Of a DNA stretch of 64,000 nucleotides, positions 20,948 to 31,074 are shown in pieces. The translations under genes were made by a program, and so were the position numbers. Below the pieces are notes generated by a model that was not told the DNA's origin, ran no database searches, and saw nothing but the letters and a program-made list of their open reading frames with translations. How positions within the stretch are numbered: the first letter of the stretch is position 1; each line of letters begins with the position of its first letter. This stretch comes from Fidelibacterota bacterium (GTDB taxonomy: Bacteria; Fidelibacterota; Marinisomatia; Marinisomatales; Marinisomataceae). The DNA is taken from the NCBI GenBank assembly GCA_045560295.1, contig JBJKZL010000001.1:661973-725972 (forward strand), written 5' to 3'.

Positions 20948-21048
20948 ATTTCTCTCTTTGTTAGTTAATAATTAAAATAATATTCGGGGCAATATAAAGA
21001 GTTATTTGTGTAATGCCAATTAAATTTAAAATTTATAATTATATGGCT

Positions 21049-21609
21049 TTAGCTAACATTCTTTGCTTTTTGTAAAAGAAGATCCTTTGAAAATGCTAAG
21101 CTGTAGCTATAGAAAAGAACTGATGAGTATACTAAGTCTCCTAAAATTGAACCACCAAAAAATGGAACTGCTAGTGAATAACATTGAATTAATCCTATCA
21201 GTGATTTAGCATACATCGGGCTCATTACCCAGACTCCAAAATTAGTTATTATAAAGAATATTATCGATCCTGCAATACTGGATAGTCCAATTTTTTTAGG
21301 ATTAATTTTTTTGAGAGAAAATCTTCCCATCAAAGAGATACATGCTATTGATCCATAAATCCAGAATATTCCAGGAGAGAATATTTTAAAGCTATCATAA
21401 TACCCTGCATAAACAAAATTATTAATAATTAAGTCACTGATCCAAAAAGATACTAAAGGTAGTAGTAACGCAATCCACTTATTTTTAAAGGCATGTGCAG
21501 ACAATAAAGCTACAGCAGTTATTGGAGTAAAATTATAGGGATGAGGAATCACTCTACCAATAATACCAATTGCTATTAAAGCGACGATTAAAATAATATT
21601 TTTTTTCAT
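21049..21609 (-). CDS. DUF6580 family putative transport protein (S-component-like)
   Basis: RVIPHPYNFTPITAVAL, FFIITNFGVW, CYSLAVPFF; ATG 21609 preferred. Confidence 0.78.
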   Translation of the reverse strand: MKKNIILIVALIAIGIIGRVIPHPYNFTPITAVALLSAHAFKNKWIALLLPLVSFWISDLIINNFVYAGYYDSFKIFSPGIFWIYGSIACISLMGRFSLKKINPKKIGLSSIAGSIIFFIITNFGVWVMSPMYAKSLIGLIQCYSLAVPFFGGSILGDLVYSSVLFYSYSLAFSKDLLLQKAKNVS

Positions 21610-21622
21610 ATCAGCGAAAAAA

Positions 21623-22726
21623 TTAGCTAAAGTATTCCTGATAAACAAAAGCAAAATCTTCTTTTATTTGTTTTTCAGTGAATCCAAAATCGTTAATGGT
21701 TTTATTTTGATGCTTTTTAATATGCTTTTTAGATGATTTTTCATACAATAGACTTTCAAATTCTTTATTCATTTCCTGGCCAATAAATTTGAATGACCTA
21801 TCAACTGAACCATAAAGATCTTTTTTCAAATCATCGTATTTTAAAACAAGAAAATCATTCTTATTTATAAACTGTTTTGCCTTTTCTGTTTCTTGATACC
21901 AATCTATAATTTCTTTGTATGCTTCAACTCGATATAAATCTAACTCCTTTTTTGTCATCATATTTCCATACTTTATACGTTCTTGCATTGAGAAAAAAGA
22001 TGTAATTGTCTCAATTGGATCTCTAACAATAAAAATAATTTTTGCATCTGGGAATACCTTGATGATTGATTTTAAACGAAAAATAAATGGGTTGGACTTT
22101 GAAAGAAGTTGCCTATGGTTATTTTTGAGTGTTTGTCGTTTCCAAAACTGCTTAACGAAACGCATTGAATCTATATTTCTCTTTTCATTCTTTTTACTAT
22201 CAATATAGAGCTCTCTTGTAAATGATTTAAATTTTATGTCATACTTCATCCATGGAATAAGATTATTTGAAATCCATTTAGAATCAAGCTTATGAAGGAA
22301 TATTAACATCTCATCTTCTTCAATATCATCCAAACCAACTTTATGTCCCTTTTCTTTTGTCTCTAGTTGATCGAGGTTTAACATTGAAAGGATGGGACGA
22401 ATAAACCATAAAATCTTTTTTAAGGAAATTGATGGAACTACGAAATCCCATGTAGTTGAAGTTGTAAATTGTTTTGATTTAGATAGTAAGTGATGAAAAA
22501 AAGTTGTTCCACTTCTATTAAACCCCATAATAAGTACTGGTTTTTTTATCTCTACTATTTCAAAATGAGAAAATAGTATATGATCTAAAAAAAGGAATAG
22601 TCTATTAATGACGATATGTAATGGAAATAAAACAAAAAAGATAACAAAAAACATATACCTCTTATGTCTTAATAAAACTTGAAGACAAACAATAAATACC
22701 CCGAAGGTAGTGTTTGAACCCATCAC
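21623..22726 (-). CDS. PAPS-dependent sulfotransferase with N-terminal membrane anchor
   Basis: IMGFNRSGTTF, FPDAKIIFIVRDP. Confidence 0.88.
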   Translation of the reverse strand: MMGSNTTFGVFIVCLQVLLRHKRYMFFVIFFVLFPLHIVINRLFLFLDHILFSHFEIVEIKKPVLIMGFNRSGTTFFHHLLSKSKQFTTSTTWDFVVPSISLKKILWFIRPILSMLNLDQLETKEKGHKVGLDDIEEDEMLIFLHKLDSKWISNNLIPWMKYDIKFKSFTRELYIDSKKNEKRNIDSMRFVKQFWKRQTLKNNHRQLLSKSNPFIFRLKSIIKVFPDAKIIFIVRDPIETITSFFSMQERIKYGNMMTKKELDLYRVEAYKEIIDWYQETEKAKQFINKNDFLVLKYDDLKKDLYGSVDRSFKFIGQEMNKEFESLLYEKSSKKHIKKHQNKTINDFGFTEKQIKEDFAFVYQEYFS

Positions 22727-22735
22727 TTAATCCTA

Positions 22736-23026
22736 TTATGAATCCTTTTCAGTCTTTTTAGCTACTTTTTTCTTTGCTGCAGGCTTTTTTGCTGCTGTTT
22801 TCTTTGCAGCTGACTTCTTAGCTGCTGGCTTCTTAGCTGCTGTTTTCTTTGCTGCTGGCTTCTTAGCTTCTGTTTTCTTTACGACTACCTTTTTAGTTGC
22901 TGGTTTTTTTTCTTCGACTTTAGGGGTAGTAACCTTTTTATTTTTTAATAGTGCAGCCTGTTTTGCTTTTAATCTAAGACGAGATTTCTTTTGTTTTCTT
23001 TTTGCTAATTTTTGTTTTTTATTCAT
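22736..23026 (-). CDS. Histone H1-like Lys/Ala-rich protein
   Basis: Repeated AAKK(P/T/S) pentapeptides; AAGGAG RBS. Confidence 0.8.
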   Translation of the reverse strand: MNKKQKLAKRKQKKSRLRLKAKQAALLKNKKVTTPKVEEKKPATKKVVVKKTEAKKPAAKKTAAKKPAAKKSAAKKTAAKKPAAKKKVAKKTEKDS

Positions 23027-23133
23027 TTTGATTTATCTCCTTTAAAAATCATGATATATAGTCCAATATGAGCTGCAACAAATACAACAAAGAAAAATAA
23101 AGGAAAAAATAAATCGTGCCAAAAATTACTCAT
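23023..23133 (-). CDS. 36-aa single-TM small protein (not in ORF track)
   Basis: MSNFWHDLFFPLFFFVVFVAAHIGLYIMIFKGDKSK; AAAGGA RBS; stop overlaps the next ATG (ATGA). Confidence 0.7.
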   Translation of the reverse strand: MSNFWHDLFFPLFFFVVFVAAHIGLYIMIFKGDKSK

Positions 23134-23148
23134 AAAAATCCTTTCAAA

Positions 23149-23643
23149 TTATTTGTTACATTCTTTATAGAAGAACTGAACTTCTTTGGTTCGGCCCTCC
23201 GTAAATTGCGAACCACATTCAACAAAATCAAACTTTTTATGAAATCTTATTGAGCCTGGATTTGGCGGCATAATATTAACTTCACATAGTATAGTATCAT
23301 ATCCTTTTTCTATGGAGAAATATCCTAAATCTGTATATAAAGCTGTTCCTATATTTACATTTTGAAATTTTTCAATTACTGATATACGGTCGATGTAAAT
23401 AAAGTTAGAATATCTTTCCGAAACCCACTTATAATTTAAACTACCATAATCAACATCTTCTGGTAGGCATAGAAGGAATCCTGCAGGTTCGTTATTATAA
23501 AATGCAACTTTACAATAATTACTCTGATTTAATAATGACTGTAATTTTTCTTTGTCTAAAAAACCAACCTGCGGTTCATTTAAACTATTTGAAGATAGAA
23601 CAAAATCGAAGAAGTCAGCTTGATAGTCTTTTAAAATAATCAA
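23149..23643 (-). CDS. GNAT family acetyltransferase
   Basis: YGSLNYKW, YIDRISV...GTALY, CEVNIMPPNPGSIRFH. Confidence 0.85.
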   Translation of the reverse strand: MIILKDYQADFFDFVLSSNSLNEPQVGFLDKEKLQSLLNQSNYCKVAFYNNEPAGFLLCLPEDVDYGSLNYKWVSERYSNFIYIDRISVIEKFQNVNIGTALYTDLGYFSIEKGYDTILCEVNIMPPNPGSIRFHKKFDFVECGSQFTEGRTKEVQFFYKECNK

Positions 23644-24131
23644 TTCAATACCTCAAGTTCATTTCCACCATTACAAATTATTGAGCCTTGAATACCATAT
23701 TTTCTTCCATTATCATAGATATATTTATACATAAGCTCTCCATTTTGATCCCAAGACTTTTGCTCACCGTGCTCAACACCTGTTTTAAAATTTTTTAATG
23801 TAAATAATTCTCCGTTTGAATGCCATTGCTTGTGAGTGCCAAAGCTTTGGTCCTCTTTGAAGTAGTATAGGTACTTTTTATTTCCATTTGGCCACCAACC
23901 TTCATGAACTCCATTTTTTTTACCTTTAATATATCTTCTTTTAGATTTGATTGTTACGTCATCTATATACGTAATAGTGATTGTGCCTGAGTAATTATTT
24001 ACTCGGACGAATCGTTGGGTATCCATCCCATCAATTAATTCGAATTCTGTAATGTTGATTTTTTCCCCGCAAGAAATTAATAAAAAAGAAAAAAATACAA
24101 GAAATTTAGTTCGTGTAGTAACCGCCGCCAC
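23640..24131 (-). CDS. MORN-variant repeat (YwqK-like) lipoprotein
   Basis: LISC lipobox; repeats GVHEGWWPNG, GTHKQWHSNG, GEQKSWDQNG. Confidence 0.8.
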   Translation of the reverse strand: MAAVTTRTKFLVFFSFLLISCGEKINITEFELIDGMDTQRFVRVNNYSGTITITYIDDVTIKSKRRYIKGKKNGVHEGWWPNGNKKYLYYFKEDQSFGTHKQWHSNGELFTLKNFKTGVEHGEQKSWDQNGELMYKYIYDNGRKYGIQGSIICNGGNELEVLN

Positions 24132-24912
24132 CGGAAGATCCTACTTGTCCTCTAAATCCACCAATCAAATAAGGGACAGTTGCTGTAGCATGATAGTGAT
24201 AAGTTCCATCTGGATACTCTTCCGTAACATGAGTATGTCCATTTATCTCGTCAAGATTTGTTGGATACTGACCATCAGATTGATTTGTAGGTCCATAGAT
24301 TGGAAATCCATCTAATGAATACCCTACTAAAATTGATTTATCTTCAGAGGTCAAGTATAAGGGTTCCCAGTGATAATGATATTCACCAGATTGTTGTGGA
24401 TGCCCGTAATAACTGTCAAATGAAGCTATTTCATTATCTAAAGGTTGATTATTTGGACCACCGTATTGATTGAAAAATGGTACTCCACTCAATGATACTC
24501 CAATAGATCCAAGAGGTGTACTAGAAACTGAACTAGCAACAGTTGGTGAAAGAGGAATATAGAATTTAAAATTTTGAGCAGTAATTATGTTTGGATTTAC
24601 ATTCATGCCAGACTGAGGAGAAGAATAATTTGGATGACCGGCACCCCAATAAGGACTACTATGGTTTGGTACTCCAGTGGTTTCTACGACGACATAATCT
24701 CCAGAAACATATACATCAGTATAAGCGTCTATAAATTTTGAGAATCCCATAGGTAGATCGGTATTATTATCACCTGAGTTACTGCCACCATTATTATTAC
24801 CACCTGTTCCAGAACCATCGGAATTGTTATTAGTTCCAGATGTTCCCATGGTAGTTGAAGCATCACAAGCCATTAATGCCATAATACATAAAATTAAAAT
24901 ATTTTTTTTCAT
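24106..24912 (-). CDS. YHYH domain lipoprotein
   Basis: LMAC lipobox, Gly/Asn linker, two YHYH motifs, DGFPIYG, LDEINGH. Confidence 0.88.
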   Translation of the reverse strand: MKKNILILCIMALMACDASTTMGTSGTNNNSDGSGTGGNNNGGSNSGDNNTDLPMGFSKFIDAYTDVYVSGDYVVVETTGVPNHSSPYWGAGHPNYSSPQSGMNVNPNIITAQNFKFYIPLSPTVASSVSSTPLGSIGVSLSGVPFFNQYGGPNNQPLDNEIASFDSYYGHPQQSGEYHYHWEPLYLTSEDKSILVGYSLDGFPIYGPTNQSDGQYPTNLDEINGHTHVTEEYPDGTYHYHATATVPYLIGGFRGQVGSSGGGGYYTN

Positions 24913-24985
24913 ATCAATCTTTATCCCCATTATAAATTTCTGCTCATATTATAAAAATATTTGATCACAACTTAAAGTAGAATCT

Positions 24986-25555
24986 CTACACACCCATCAA
25001 CGGAGCCGTTGGTGCTATAGCACTCTCAGCTACCCCAACAAAGAATGAGGTGAATAGAATAAATAAAGATAATGCTATCAACATTACTACAAAAGCTACA
25101 ATACATACTCCTACAGCTCTCACTGTGGAGGTGAAATCTAATGCTTGTCTAACCGCTACTGTCATTGCAGCTAGCTGTAGAATAACTACTAGTGGATCTA
25201 TAAAAACTCCAATAATAGGCAGGAACTTAAATACGATTAGCAATCCTGGTGCATATGCAAAACCTAAAGTGCGTAATAACTCACCAGTATCAGATTCTGT
25301 TTCTGGTTCTGGCAATATTCTTGTTCCAACAAATGCAATAAAGAATGCCCAAATAAACCATCTAATAATACTTCCTAATACACCTTGTGCTAAAGCGATA
25401 GGTGCAGCTATACCAGCAACTACCAATCCTTGTACGACAGAAACTAATGCTACTGTCATCATTGCTTGCCTAGTTAAAGACTTATCAGCCTCAACTGATT
25501 CATAAAATTCAACGTTAAGTGTAATAGCTTTATATAATCTTTCGGCGTAACTCAT
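24986..25555 (-). CDS. YIP1 family membrane protein
   Basis: FYESVEAD, LLRTLGFAYAPG, VAVRQALDF; ATG 25555 with AAGGAG RBS. Confidence 0.78.
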   Translation of the reverse strand: MSYAERLYKAITLNVEFYESVEADKSLTRQAMMTVALVSVVQGLVVAGIAAPIALAQGVLGSIIRWFIWAFFIAFVGTRILPEPETESDTGELLRTLGFAYAPGLLIVFKFLPIIGVFIDPLVVILQLAAMTVAVRQALDFTSTVRAVGVCIVAFVVMLIALSLFILFTSFFVGVAESAIAPTAPLMGV

Positions 25556-25749
25556 TTTTTCTTCTCCTTGTAAAATAAAATAAATGTTAAAGCGGTTGAT
25601 ATGAATATTAACCATCCAATAATAATATGCTCTAAAAAAGGTTTATTACTCTCATTCAAAGGTAAATCATAATATAGATAATCGTTCATAACAAATATTG
25701 CAACTCCAATTATAAACCATCCAAATAAGATATTTTTAAGGTGTTTCAT
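25552..25749 (-). CDS. Small hypothetical membrane protein
   Basis: Two TM segments; fills the gap between queF and the YIP1 gene with an ATGA overlap. Confidence 0.65.
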   Translation of the reverse strand: MKHLKNILFGWFIIGVAIFVMNDYLYYDLPLNESNKPFLEHIIIGWLIFISTALTFILFYKEKKK

Positions 25750-25758
25750 AATAATATG

Positions 25759-26145
25759 CTAAAGTGATCCTTCTATACAAGTCGTATCAAATCCACCTCT
25801 AGTATTATAAATAGTAGTGATCTTTATTTTTGATGTCCCCAAAAGTGTGCTAAGATCATCATATATACGCTTAGTAGCTGCTTCCTGATAAATACCAACA
25901 TTTCTAAAACTCACAAAATAATATTTTAATGATTTTAATTCTACACATTTTCCACCTTCTGGAAAATACTCAATTATTACATCGGCTAAATCTGGAAGGC
26001 CACTAAAGGGGCATACCGCACTAAACTCTCTTGTCTTTGTTACGATATACTGTTCTTTGCTATCAAAAAGGAATGATTCAAGAAAACCAGAGTTGATATG
26101 ATCTTCGCTGTCAAATGTAAATTCTTTTCCTTGTGCCTTTGCCAT
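25759..26145 (-). CDS. queF: preQ1 synthase (unimodular 7-cyano-7-deazaguanine reductase)
   Basis: [24 protein letters not shown]. Confidence 0.92.
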   Translation of the reverse strand: MAKAQGKEFTFDSEDHINSGFLESFLFDSKEQYIVTKTREFSAVCPFSGLPDLADVIIEYFPEGGKCVELKSLKYYFVSFRNVGIYQEAATKRIYDDLSTLLGTSKIKITTIYNTRGGFDTTCIEGSL

Positions 26146-26147
26146 AA

Positions 26148-26510
26148 TTATGCTCCTCTATATGTACATGAATAGCTGGGACCCTCACTTACAGTAACCC
26201 CAGTTAATCCAGATAGTTTTGGTTGTATTTTATTCCAAATCCATTTTGCAATATGCTCTGTAGTGGGATTAGAAAGTTCTTTAATGTCATTTAAATATTT
26301 ATGATCTAACAATGTATGGATTTCATCTTTATAGATTCTATCAATATCATAAAAATCGACAACCCAACCCTTAGATGGATCTATATCTCCAGATAATTCA
26401 ACTACCACAGAAAATGTATGTCCATGTAATTGATAACATGGATGATCTATATCTACGAGCGTCAACTTGCGCGCGGCATGAAATTCATATTTCCTTGTTA
26501 ATTCAAACAT
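26148..26510 (-). CDS. queD: 6-carboxytetrahydropterin synthase
   Basis: Cxxx[22 protein letters not shown]; que operon context. Confidence 0.88.
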   Translation of the reverse strand: MFELTRKYEFHAARKLTLVDIDHPCYQLHGHTFSVVVELSGDIDPSKGWVVDFYDIDRIYKDEIHTLLDHKYLNDIKELSNPTTEHIAKWIWNKIQPKLSGLTGVTVSEGPSYSCTYRGA

Positions 26511-26511
26511 A

Positions 26512-27144
26512 TTATTTTATTCCTATTATTTTATGTGTTTGTAAACTTAATTTCCATAGCGGATTTTCGACACAATAAGCTACACATTCCAAGATATTTT
26601 TTTGTAATTCTTTTCCATCCATGGGTTGCACATAGAAATGTTTGAAATTAAGATCTTCAAATTGTTCAGGCGGAAAATCCAATTGAGGGCAAACTAGTTT
26701 TAATTCATCACCTTCTAAAAGTACAAGTTTTGCATTCTTTTTTGGACTTACACAAATCCAATCAATATTATCAGGAGGTAACAGTGTCCCATTTGTCTCT
26801 ATTGCAATTTTAAATCCCTTTTTATGCAGTTCATCAATTAATAATTGATCTAGTTGGAGTAAGGGTTCTCCTCCTGTGAATACTATCAATTTTTCATCCA
26901 ATTCTTTTGGCCAGCATTCTTCAATTTTTTTAATCAAATCATGGCATGATGGATATTTTGCTCCATTTTCTCCATCTGTTCCAAAAAAATCAGTATCACA
27001 GAAAGTGCAAGTTGCCTTACTACGATCTTGTTCTCTTCCTGTCCATAAATTGCAACCAGAAAAACGGCAAAATATTGCATTTTTTCCTGTTTGAAATCCT
27101 TCTCCCTGAACAGTAAAGTATATTTCTTTTATACTATAGCTCAT
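26512..27144 (-). CDS. queE: 7-carboxy-7-deazaguanine synthase, CX14CX2C-type radical SAM
   Basis: FTVQGEG, CNLW...[30 protein letters not shown]. Confidence 0.95.
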   Translation of the reverse strand: MSYSIKEIYFTVQGEGFQTGKNAIFCRFSGCNLWTGREQDRSKATCTFCDTDFFGTDGENGAKYPSCHDLIKKIEECWPKELDEKLIVFTGGEPLLQLDQLLIDELHKKGFKIAIETNGTLLPPDNIDWICVSPKKNAKLVLLEGDELKLVCPQLDFPPEQFEDLNFKHFYVQPMDGKELQKNILECVAYCVENPLWKLSLQTHKIIGIK

Positions 27145-27821
27145 TGATAAAGTGTAGGGTCAGTAATATTTGACATAGTGAATCCTTTTTTTCTTAATAT
27201 ACAAGCATCGCATTCTCCGCAAGCTAATCCCTCATTGGAAGGATCATAGCAAGAGTGTGTATCTTTATAGGAAACTCCAAGCTGATGTCCTTTTAAAATA
27301 ATTTCGGATTTTGTCATATTAATAAGAGGGGTATGAATTGTAATTTTTTTACTTCCTTGAGTAAATTTTGTTCCAAGATTTGCCATTTTTTCAAATGCAC
27401 CTATGTATTCAGGTCGACAATCTGGGTATCCACTGTAGTCCAATGCATTTACCCCAATAAAAATATCATAAATATTATTTACTTCTGCATAAGCCAATGC
27501 ATATGAGAGAAAGATAGTATTACGAACAGGGACATATGTTATGGGTATATCATCTCCGATTTCTTGATTTTTTGGAACAGCTATCTCATCTGTAAGTGCT
27601 GATTTTCCAAATTGCTTTAAATCGATAGTGATAGTTTGAAAGCTATCCACTGCATTTTTTTTTGCAATTACTTTTGCAGCATCAAGCTCAAACTTATGCC
27701 TTTGACCATAATCAAAAGATAATGCAAAAATATGAAAGTCTCTTTTCGCTAATGCCAGAACTGTAGTTGAATCTAGACCTCCGCTTAATAATACGATACA
27801 CTTAGGCTTTAATGATTTCAT
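27141..27821 (-). CDS. queC: 7-cyano-7-deazaguanine synthase
   Basis: [29 protein letters not shown]...CGECDAC. Confidence 0.96.
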   Translation of the reverse strand: MKSLKPKCIVLLSGGLDSTTVLALAKRDFHIFALSFDYGQRHKFELDAAKVIAKKNAVDSFQTITIDLKQFGKSALTDEIAVPKNQEIGDDIPITYVPVRNTIFLSYALAYAEVNNIYDIFIGVNALDYSGYPDCRPEYIGAFEKMANLGTKFTQGSKKITIHTPLINMTKSEIILKGHQLGVSYKDTHSCYDPSNEGLACGECDACILRKKGFTMSNITDPTLYQ

Positions 27822-27824
27822 ATC

Positions 27825-28931
27825 CTAGCAATTCTCAAGCGTTTCTTTTGCTAGCATATCAACCACTTTTTTAAAATCTTTTGTTTGTTCGTACATTTTT
27901 AATTGTCTATCTGCGCTTGTGCCTTTTTCAAGCATTGTATGAATGTATTCAATTTCTTTTTCAGTCCCCAATTCCTTGGCAGCGTCTTTTACTAAATCCA
28001 GTAGCTCGATAAATAAAATTTTAGTATCAGTTTCTTTTACAGCTCCCAGATCAATCATTTTCCCGTTGATACCATGTCGCATTGCTCTCCATTTATTTTC
28101 TGATATAAGTGATTGTCTGTAATCTCTCCAGCTAATATTACGCTCACGATTATGAATCATTGTTGCAACAAGAGCTTGTATTAATGCAGCAATTGCAATT
28201 ACTTCATCAACCTTTGTTGTTGAGTCGCACATCCTAAATTCTAATGTAGGAAATTTATAATGTGGTCGCATATCCCACCAAATTTTTGAGGGACTATCTA
28301 TAGATTTAGTTGTAATTAATTGATTTACAAATTCTTCGTATGCTTTAGCAGAGTCAAAGGTTTCTGGTGGACCTGTTCTGGGCAAATCCTCAAAAACTAT
28401 TCCTCGATATGATTTGAAACCAGTATCTTGTCCTTGCCAAAAAGGAGAAGAGCTTGATAAGCTTAAGATGTGAGGAATAAAATATCTCATTTGATTCATC
28501 ACATCGACTCTAAGGTCTTTATTTGGAATACCAATGTGAACATGCATTCCAAAAATTAATAATCTCTTTGCGACATACTGCATACTATCATACAATCCAT
28601 GATAGCGCTCTTTATCAGTAAGCACTTGATCTTTCCAGTGTGAGTAAGGGTGGGTTCCAGCAGCAATAATCTTGCAATTGTTTGCTTCGGCATAGTTTGA
28701 TGCAAGCCTTCTCAAACGAATGACCTCCGCTCTTGCCTCCTTAATGTTTTTGCAGACTTTGCTAGTAACTTCTAGTTGAGATTTCAAAAATTCAGGAACC
28801 ATGCTATCTTTTACAAGCATTGCATCTCTCTCTAAGAATTCAGCAATATATGATGTTAATTCACCTGAATCAGGATCAATAACCTGATACTCTTCTTCAA
28901 TCCCAACTGTTAATTTTTTTATATTCATCAT
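27825..28931 (-). CDS. ybdK: Carboxylate-amine ligase (GCS2/YbdK family)
   Basis: TVGIEEEYQ, AAGTHP, FGMHVHIG, SSPFWQG, WWDMRP, TLEFRMCD, ENKWRA. Confidence 0.9.
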   Translation of the reverse strand: MMNIKKLTVGIEEEYQVIDPDSGELTSYIAEFLERDAMLVKDSMVPEFLKSQLEVTSKVCKNIKEARAEVIRLRRLASNYAEANNCKIIAAGTHPYSHWKDQVLTDKERYHGLYDSMQYVAKRLLIFGMHVHIGIPNKDLRVDVMNQMRYFIPHILSLSSSSPFWQGQDTGFKSYRGIVFEDLPRTGPPETFDSAKAYEEFVNQLITTKSIDSPSKIWWDMRPHYKFPTLEFRMCDSTTKVDEVIAIAALIQALVATMIHNRERNISWRDYRQSLISENKWRAMRHGINGKMIDLGAVKETDTKILFIELLDLVKDAAKELGTEKEIEYIHTMLEKGTSADRQLKMYEQTKDFKKVVDMLAKETLENC

Positions 28932-28988
28932 TACATCTAATTTAAAAAAAAATAGCTTATAAGATTCATGATAAATAATTTGAGGTAA

Positions 28989-29987
28989 ATGAACAAATTG
29001 AAATATAAAAATATCAAATCTTTTTATTACCTAAGACATGTTTTAGCAGCACTAGTACCTAGAATATTTTATCGTTTACGACTGAAATCAGAGCTAAAAA
29101 AGATAAAACACTACGATAAAAAGTATATTTTTTCGCGATTGAATTACTATCATAAAAAAGAAGATGGATTTAAAGTTTCAGAAAATTCCATGACAAATAA
29201 AAACTTTCTTTATCGACAGTTAGGTAAGATTAAAGAAAATATAATTAAAAAAAATCAAAAGGTTAAAAAGCATACTACTTATTTTTTTGATTTGTATAAG
29301 CTGTTCTCATACTTCGATAATAAAAAAAAGTTGGATTTTATTTTTGGTGACATTACAAAAGCGCAAACAATCCCAACTATTGTAAAAAGTAGGCCAATTA
29401 TAGATGGTGATAATTCTATAATTTTGAACTTAAATAAAGTTCGACATTTCCACTTCATCAATGATCATAAAAACTTTATAGATAAAAAAAATAAAGCAGT
29501 ATGGCGAGGCTACGGAGAAAACTCTGAAGCTAGACAATACTTTTTAAAAAATTATCACCATATATCAATATTTAATATTGGTCAAACTGGTCCATTATTG
29601 GAAGCACCTTGGGTTAAAAATTTTATGCCTATTGCTGAACAACTTAATTATAAATTTATCTTTTGTATTGAGGGAGTTGATACAGCAACAAGCATCAAAT
29701 GGGTGATGTCTTCAAATTCTGTATGTGTCATGCCTAAACCAAAATATGAAACATGGTTCATGGAAGGCACTCTTAAGCCTGATGTACATTACATTGAAAT
29801 AAGTGATGACTTCTCAAACGCGGAACAAAAAATTAAATACTTTATTGAGCATCCTAATAAAGTATTAAAGATTATTGAAAATGCAAACGAACATGTAAAA
29901 CAATTCAAATATTCTAGAAGAGAAAAATTAATTTCATTGATGGTGTTAGATAAATATTTCTCTTTATCAGGACAAAATAATGAATGA
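28989..29987 (+). CDS. Glycosyltransferase family 90 (LpsA-like)
   Basis: IVKSRPI, LNKVRHF, YKFIFCIEGVDTATSIKWVMSSNS, ETWFMEG. Confidence 0.85.
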   Translation: MNKLKYKNIKSFYYLRHVLAALVPRIFYRLRLKSELKKIKHYDKKYIFSRLNYYHKKEDGFKVSENSMTNKNFLYRQLGKIKENIIKKNQKVKKHTTYFFDLYKLFSYFDNKKKLDFIFGDITKAQTIPTIVKSRPIIDGDNSIILNLNKVRHFHFINDHKNFIDKKNKAVWRGYGENSEARQYFLKNYHHISIFNIGQTGPLLEAPWVKNFMPIAEQLNYKFIFCIEGVDTATSIKWVMSSNSVCVMPKPKYETWFMEGTLKPDVHYIEISDDFSNAEQKIKYFIEHPNKVLKIIENANEHVKQFKYSRREKLISLMVLDKYFSLSGQNNE

Positions 29988-31062
29988 CAGAAATATATCT
30001 ATTCTTTTTGACGTTCAAGAACTGTACTATTTACCCCAATATCTTCCTGTTTATCATGAATTTTTAAAACGTAATCAAGGTAATGCTTTTTTTGTATTTC
30101 ATCATGGTAAATTTGATACTATAATAAAAAGTGTTATTAAATCAGAGAACTTGAATCATACATGGGTTAAAAACAAATCTGAGGCAAATAATTATTATAA
30201 AAAGGAAAAAGCTGATTGGATATTTTTTGGCAATACATTCCCATATCTTGATGAAGTGCATAATGTAAGTAAGACAGTTCAGCTTGGTCATGGCGTAGGT
30301 CCAAAGTCAAGTTATTATACCAAATCAGATACTCCAACTACAGTAAGATTTGTGGAGGGAAAATATAGAACAAATCGCCTAAAAAGCATGTATCCTGATA
30401 ATAATTTTGTTGATGTTGGATTTGCTAAACTTGATCCTATTTTGAATGGCAATGCACCAACATTTGATTTAGAAAGCTTAGGATTAGATCCATTAAAAAA
30501 AACTCTATTATATGCCCCCACTTTTTACCCAAGTAGTATTGAAAGAATTCCAAAACAATTTCCTGGTGACTTTAAGGATTTTAATATAATGATTAAACCA
30601 CATTACTTTTCATTAAGTCAGGAAAAATATAAGAAGCAACGTCAGCTTCTTGAATATTGGTCAGAATATAATAATGTGTATCTAGCAAAAGTTTCGGACT
30701 ATTCACTTGTCCCTTTTTTGGCAACAGCTGATCTACTTATGAGTGATGCTTCATCAGCAATTATCGAATTTGCTGCTTTAGATAAACCGGTTATATGGTG
30801 TAATTTTCTACAACTACGCTGGAATTACAGAGGAATTTTTGCTTATAGATTCAAGAATCGTATGGATAAAGATTATGATGAATATTCTAAAATAGCTGTT
30901 CAATCTGATTCATATGAAGAATTAAAACATAATATCAAAGAACAGATATTAAATCCTACCTCTCTTTCCGAAACACGACTACAGTATTCAAATAAATTAG
31001 CTGGCTCATTGGATGGAAAAGCAAGTCAAAGAATAATAGATTATTTATTAAAAAATAAATAA
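29980..31062 (+). CDS. CDP-glycerol glycerophosphotransferase (TagF/TagB-like)
   Basis: QLGHG, VGFAKLD, LLYAPTF, IKPH, ADLLMSDASS..IEFAALDKPVI. Confidence 0.85.
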   Translation: MNDRNISILFDVQELYYLPQYLPVYHEFLKRNQGNAFFVFHHGKFDTIIKSVIKSENLNHTWVKNKSEANNYYKKEKADWIFFGNTFPYLDEVHNVSKTVQLGHGVGPKSSYYTKSDTPTTVRFVEGKYRTNRLKSMYPDNNFVDVGFAKLDPILNGNAPTFDLESLGLDPLKKTLLYAPTFYPSSIERIPKQFPGDFKDFNIMIKPHYFSLSQEKYKKQRQLLEYWSEYNNVYLAKVSDYSLVPFLATADLLMSDASSAIIEFAALDKPVIWCNFLQLRWNYRGIFAYRFKNRMDKDYDEYSKIAVQSDSYEELKHNIKEQILNPTSLSETRLQYSNKLAGSLDGKASQRIIDYLLKNK

Positions 31063-31074
31063 GTATTTTACATC

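Noticed and set aside
23640-24131. Toxin-antitoxin system (YwqK label)
   Set aside because: Only generic MORN-like repeats in a lipoprotein; no toxin partner.
25050-25505. Antisense or alternative-frame ORFs (also 41318-41671, 41943-42347, 44449-44838, 15137-15439 and other 60-130 aa ORFs)
   Set aside because: They overlap well-supported genes and show no motifs of their own.
25759-27821. que genes as a dpd (7-deazaguanine DNA modification) defence system
   Set aside because: No dpdA/tgt-like or other dpd genes; queF points to ordinary queuosine synthesis.
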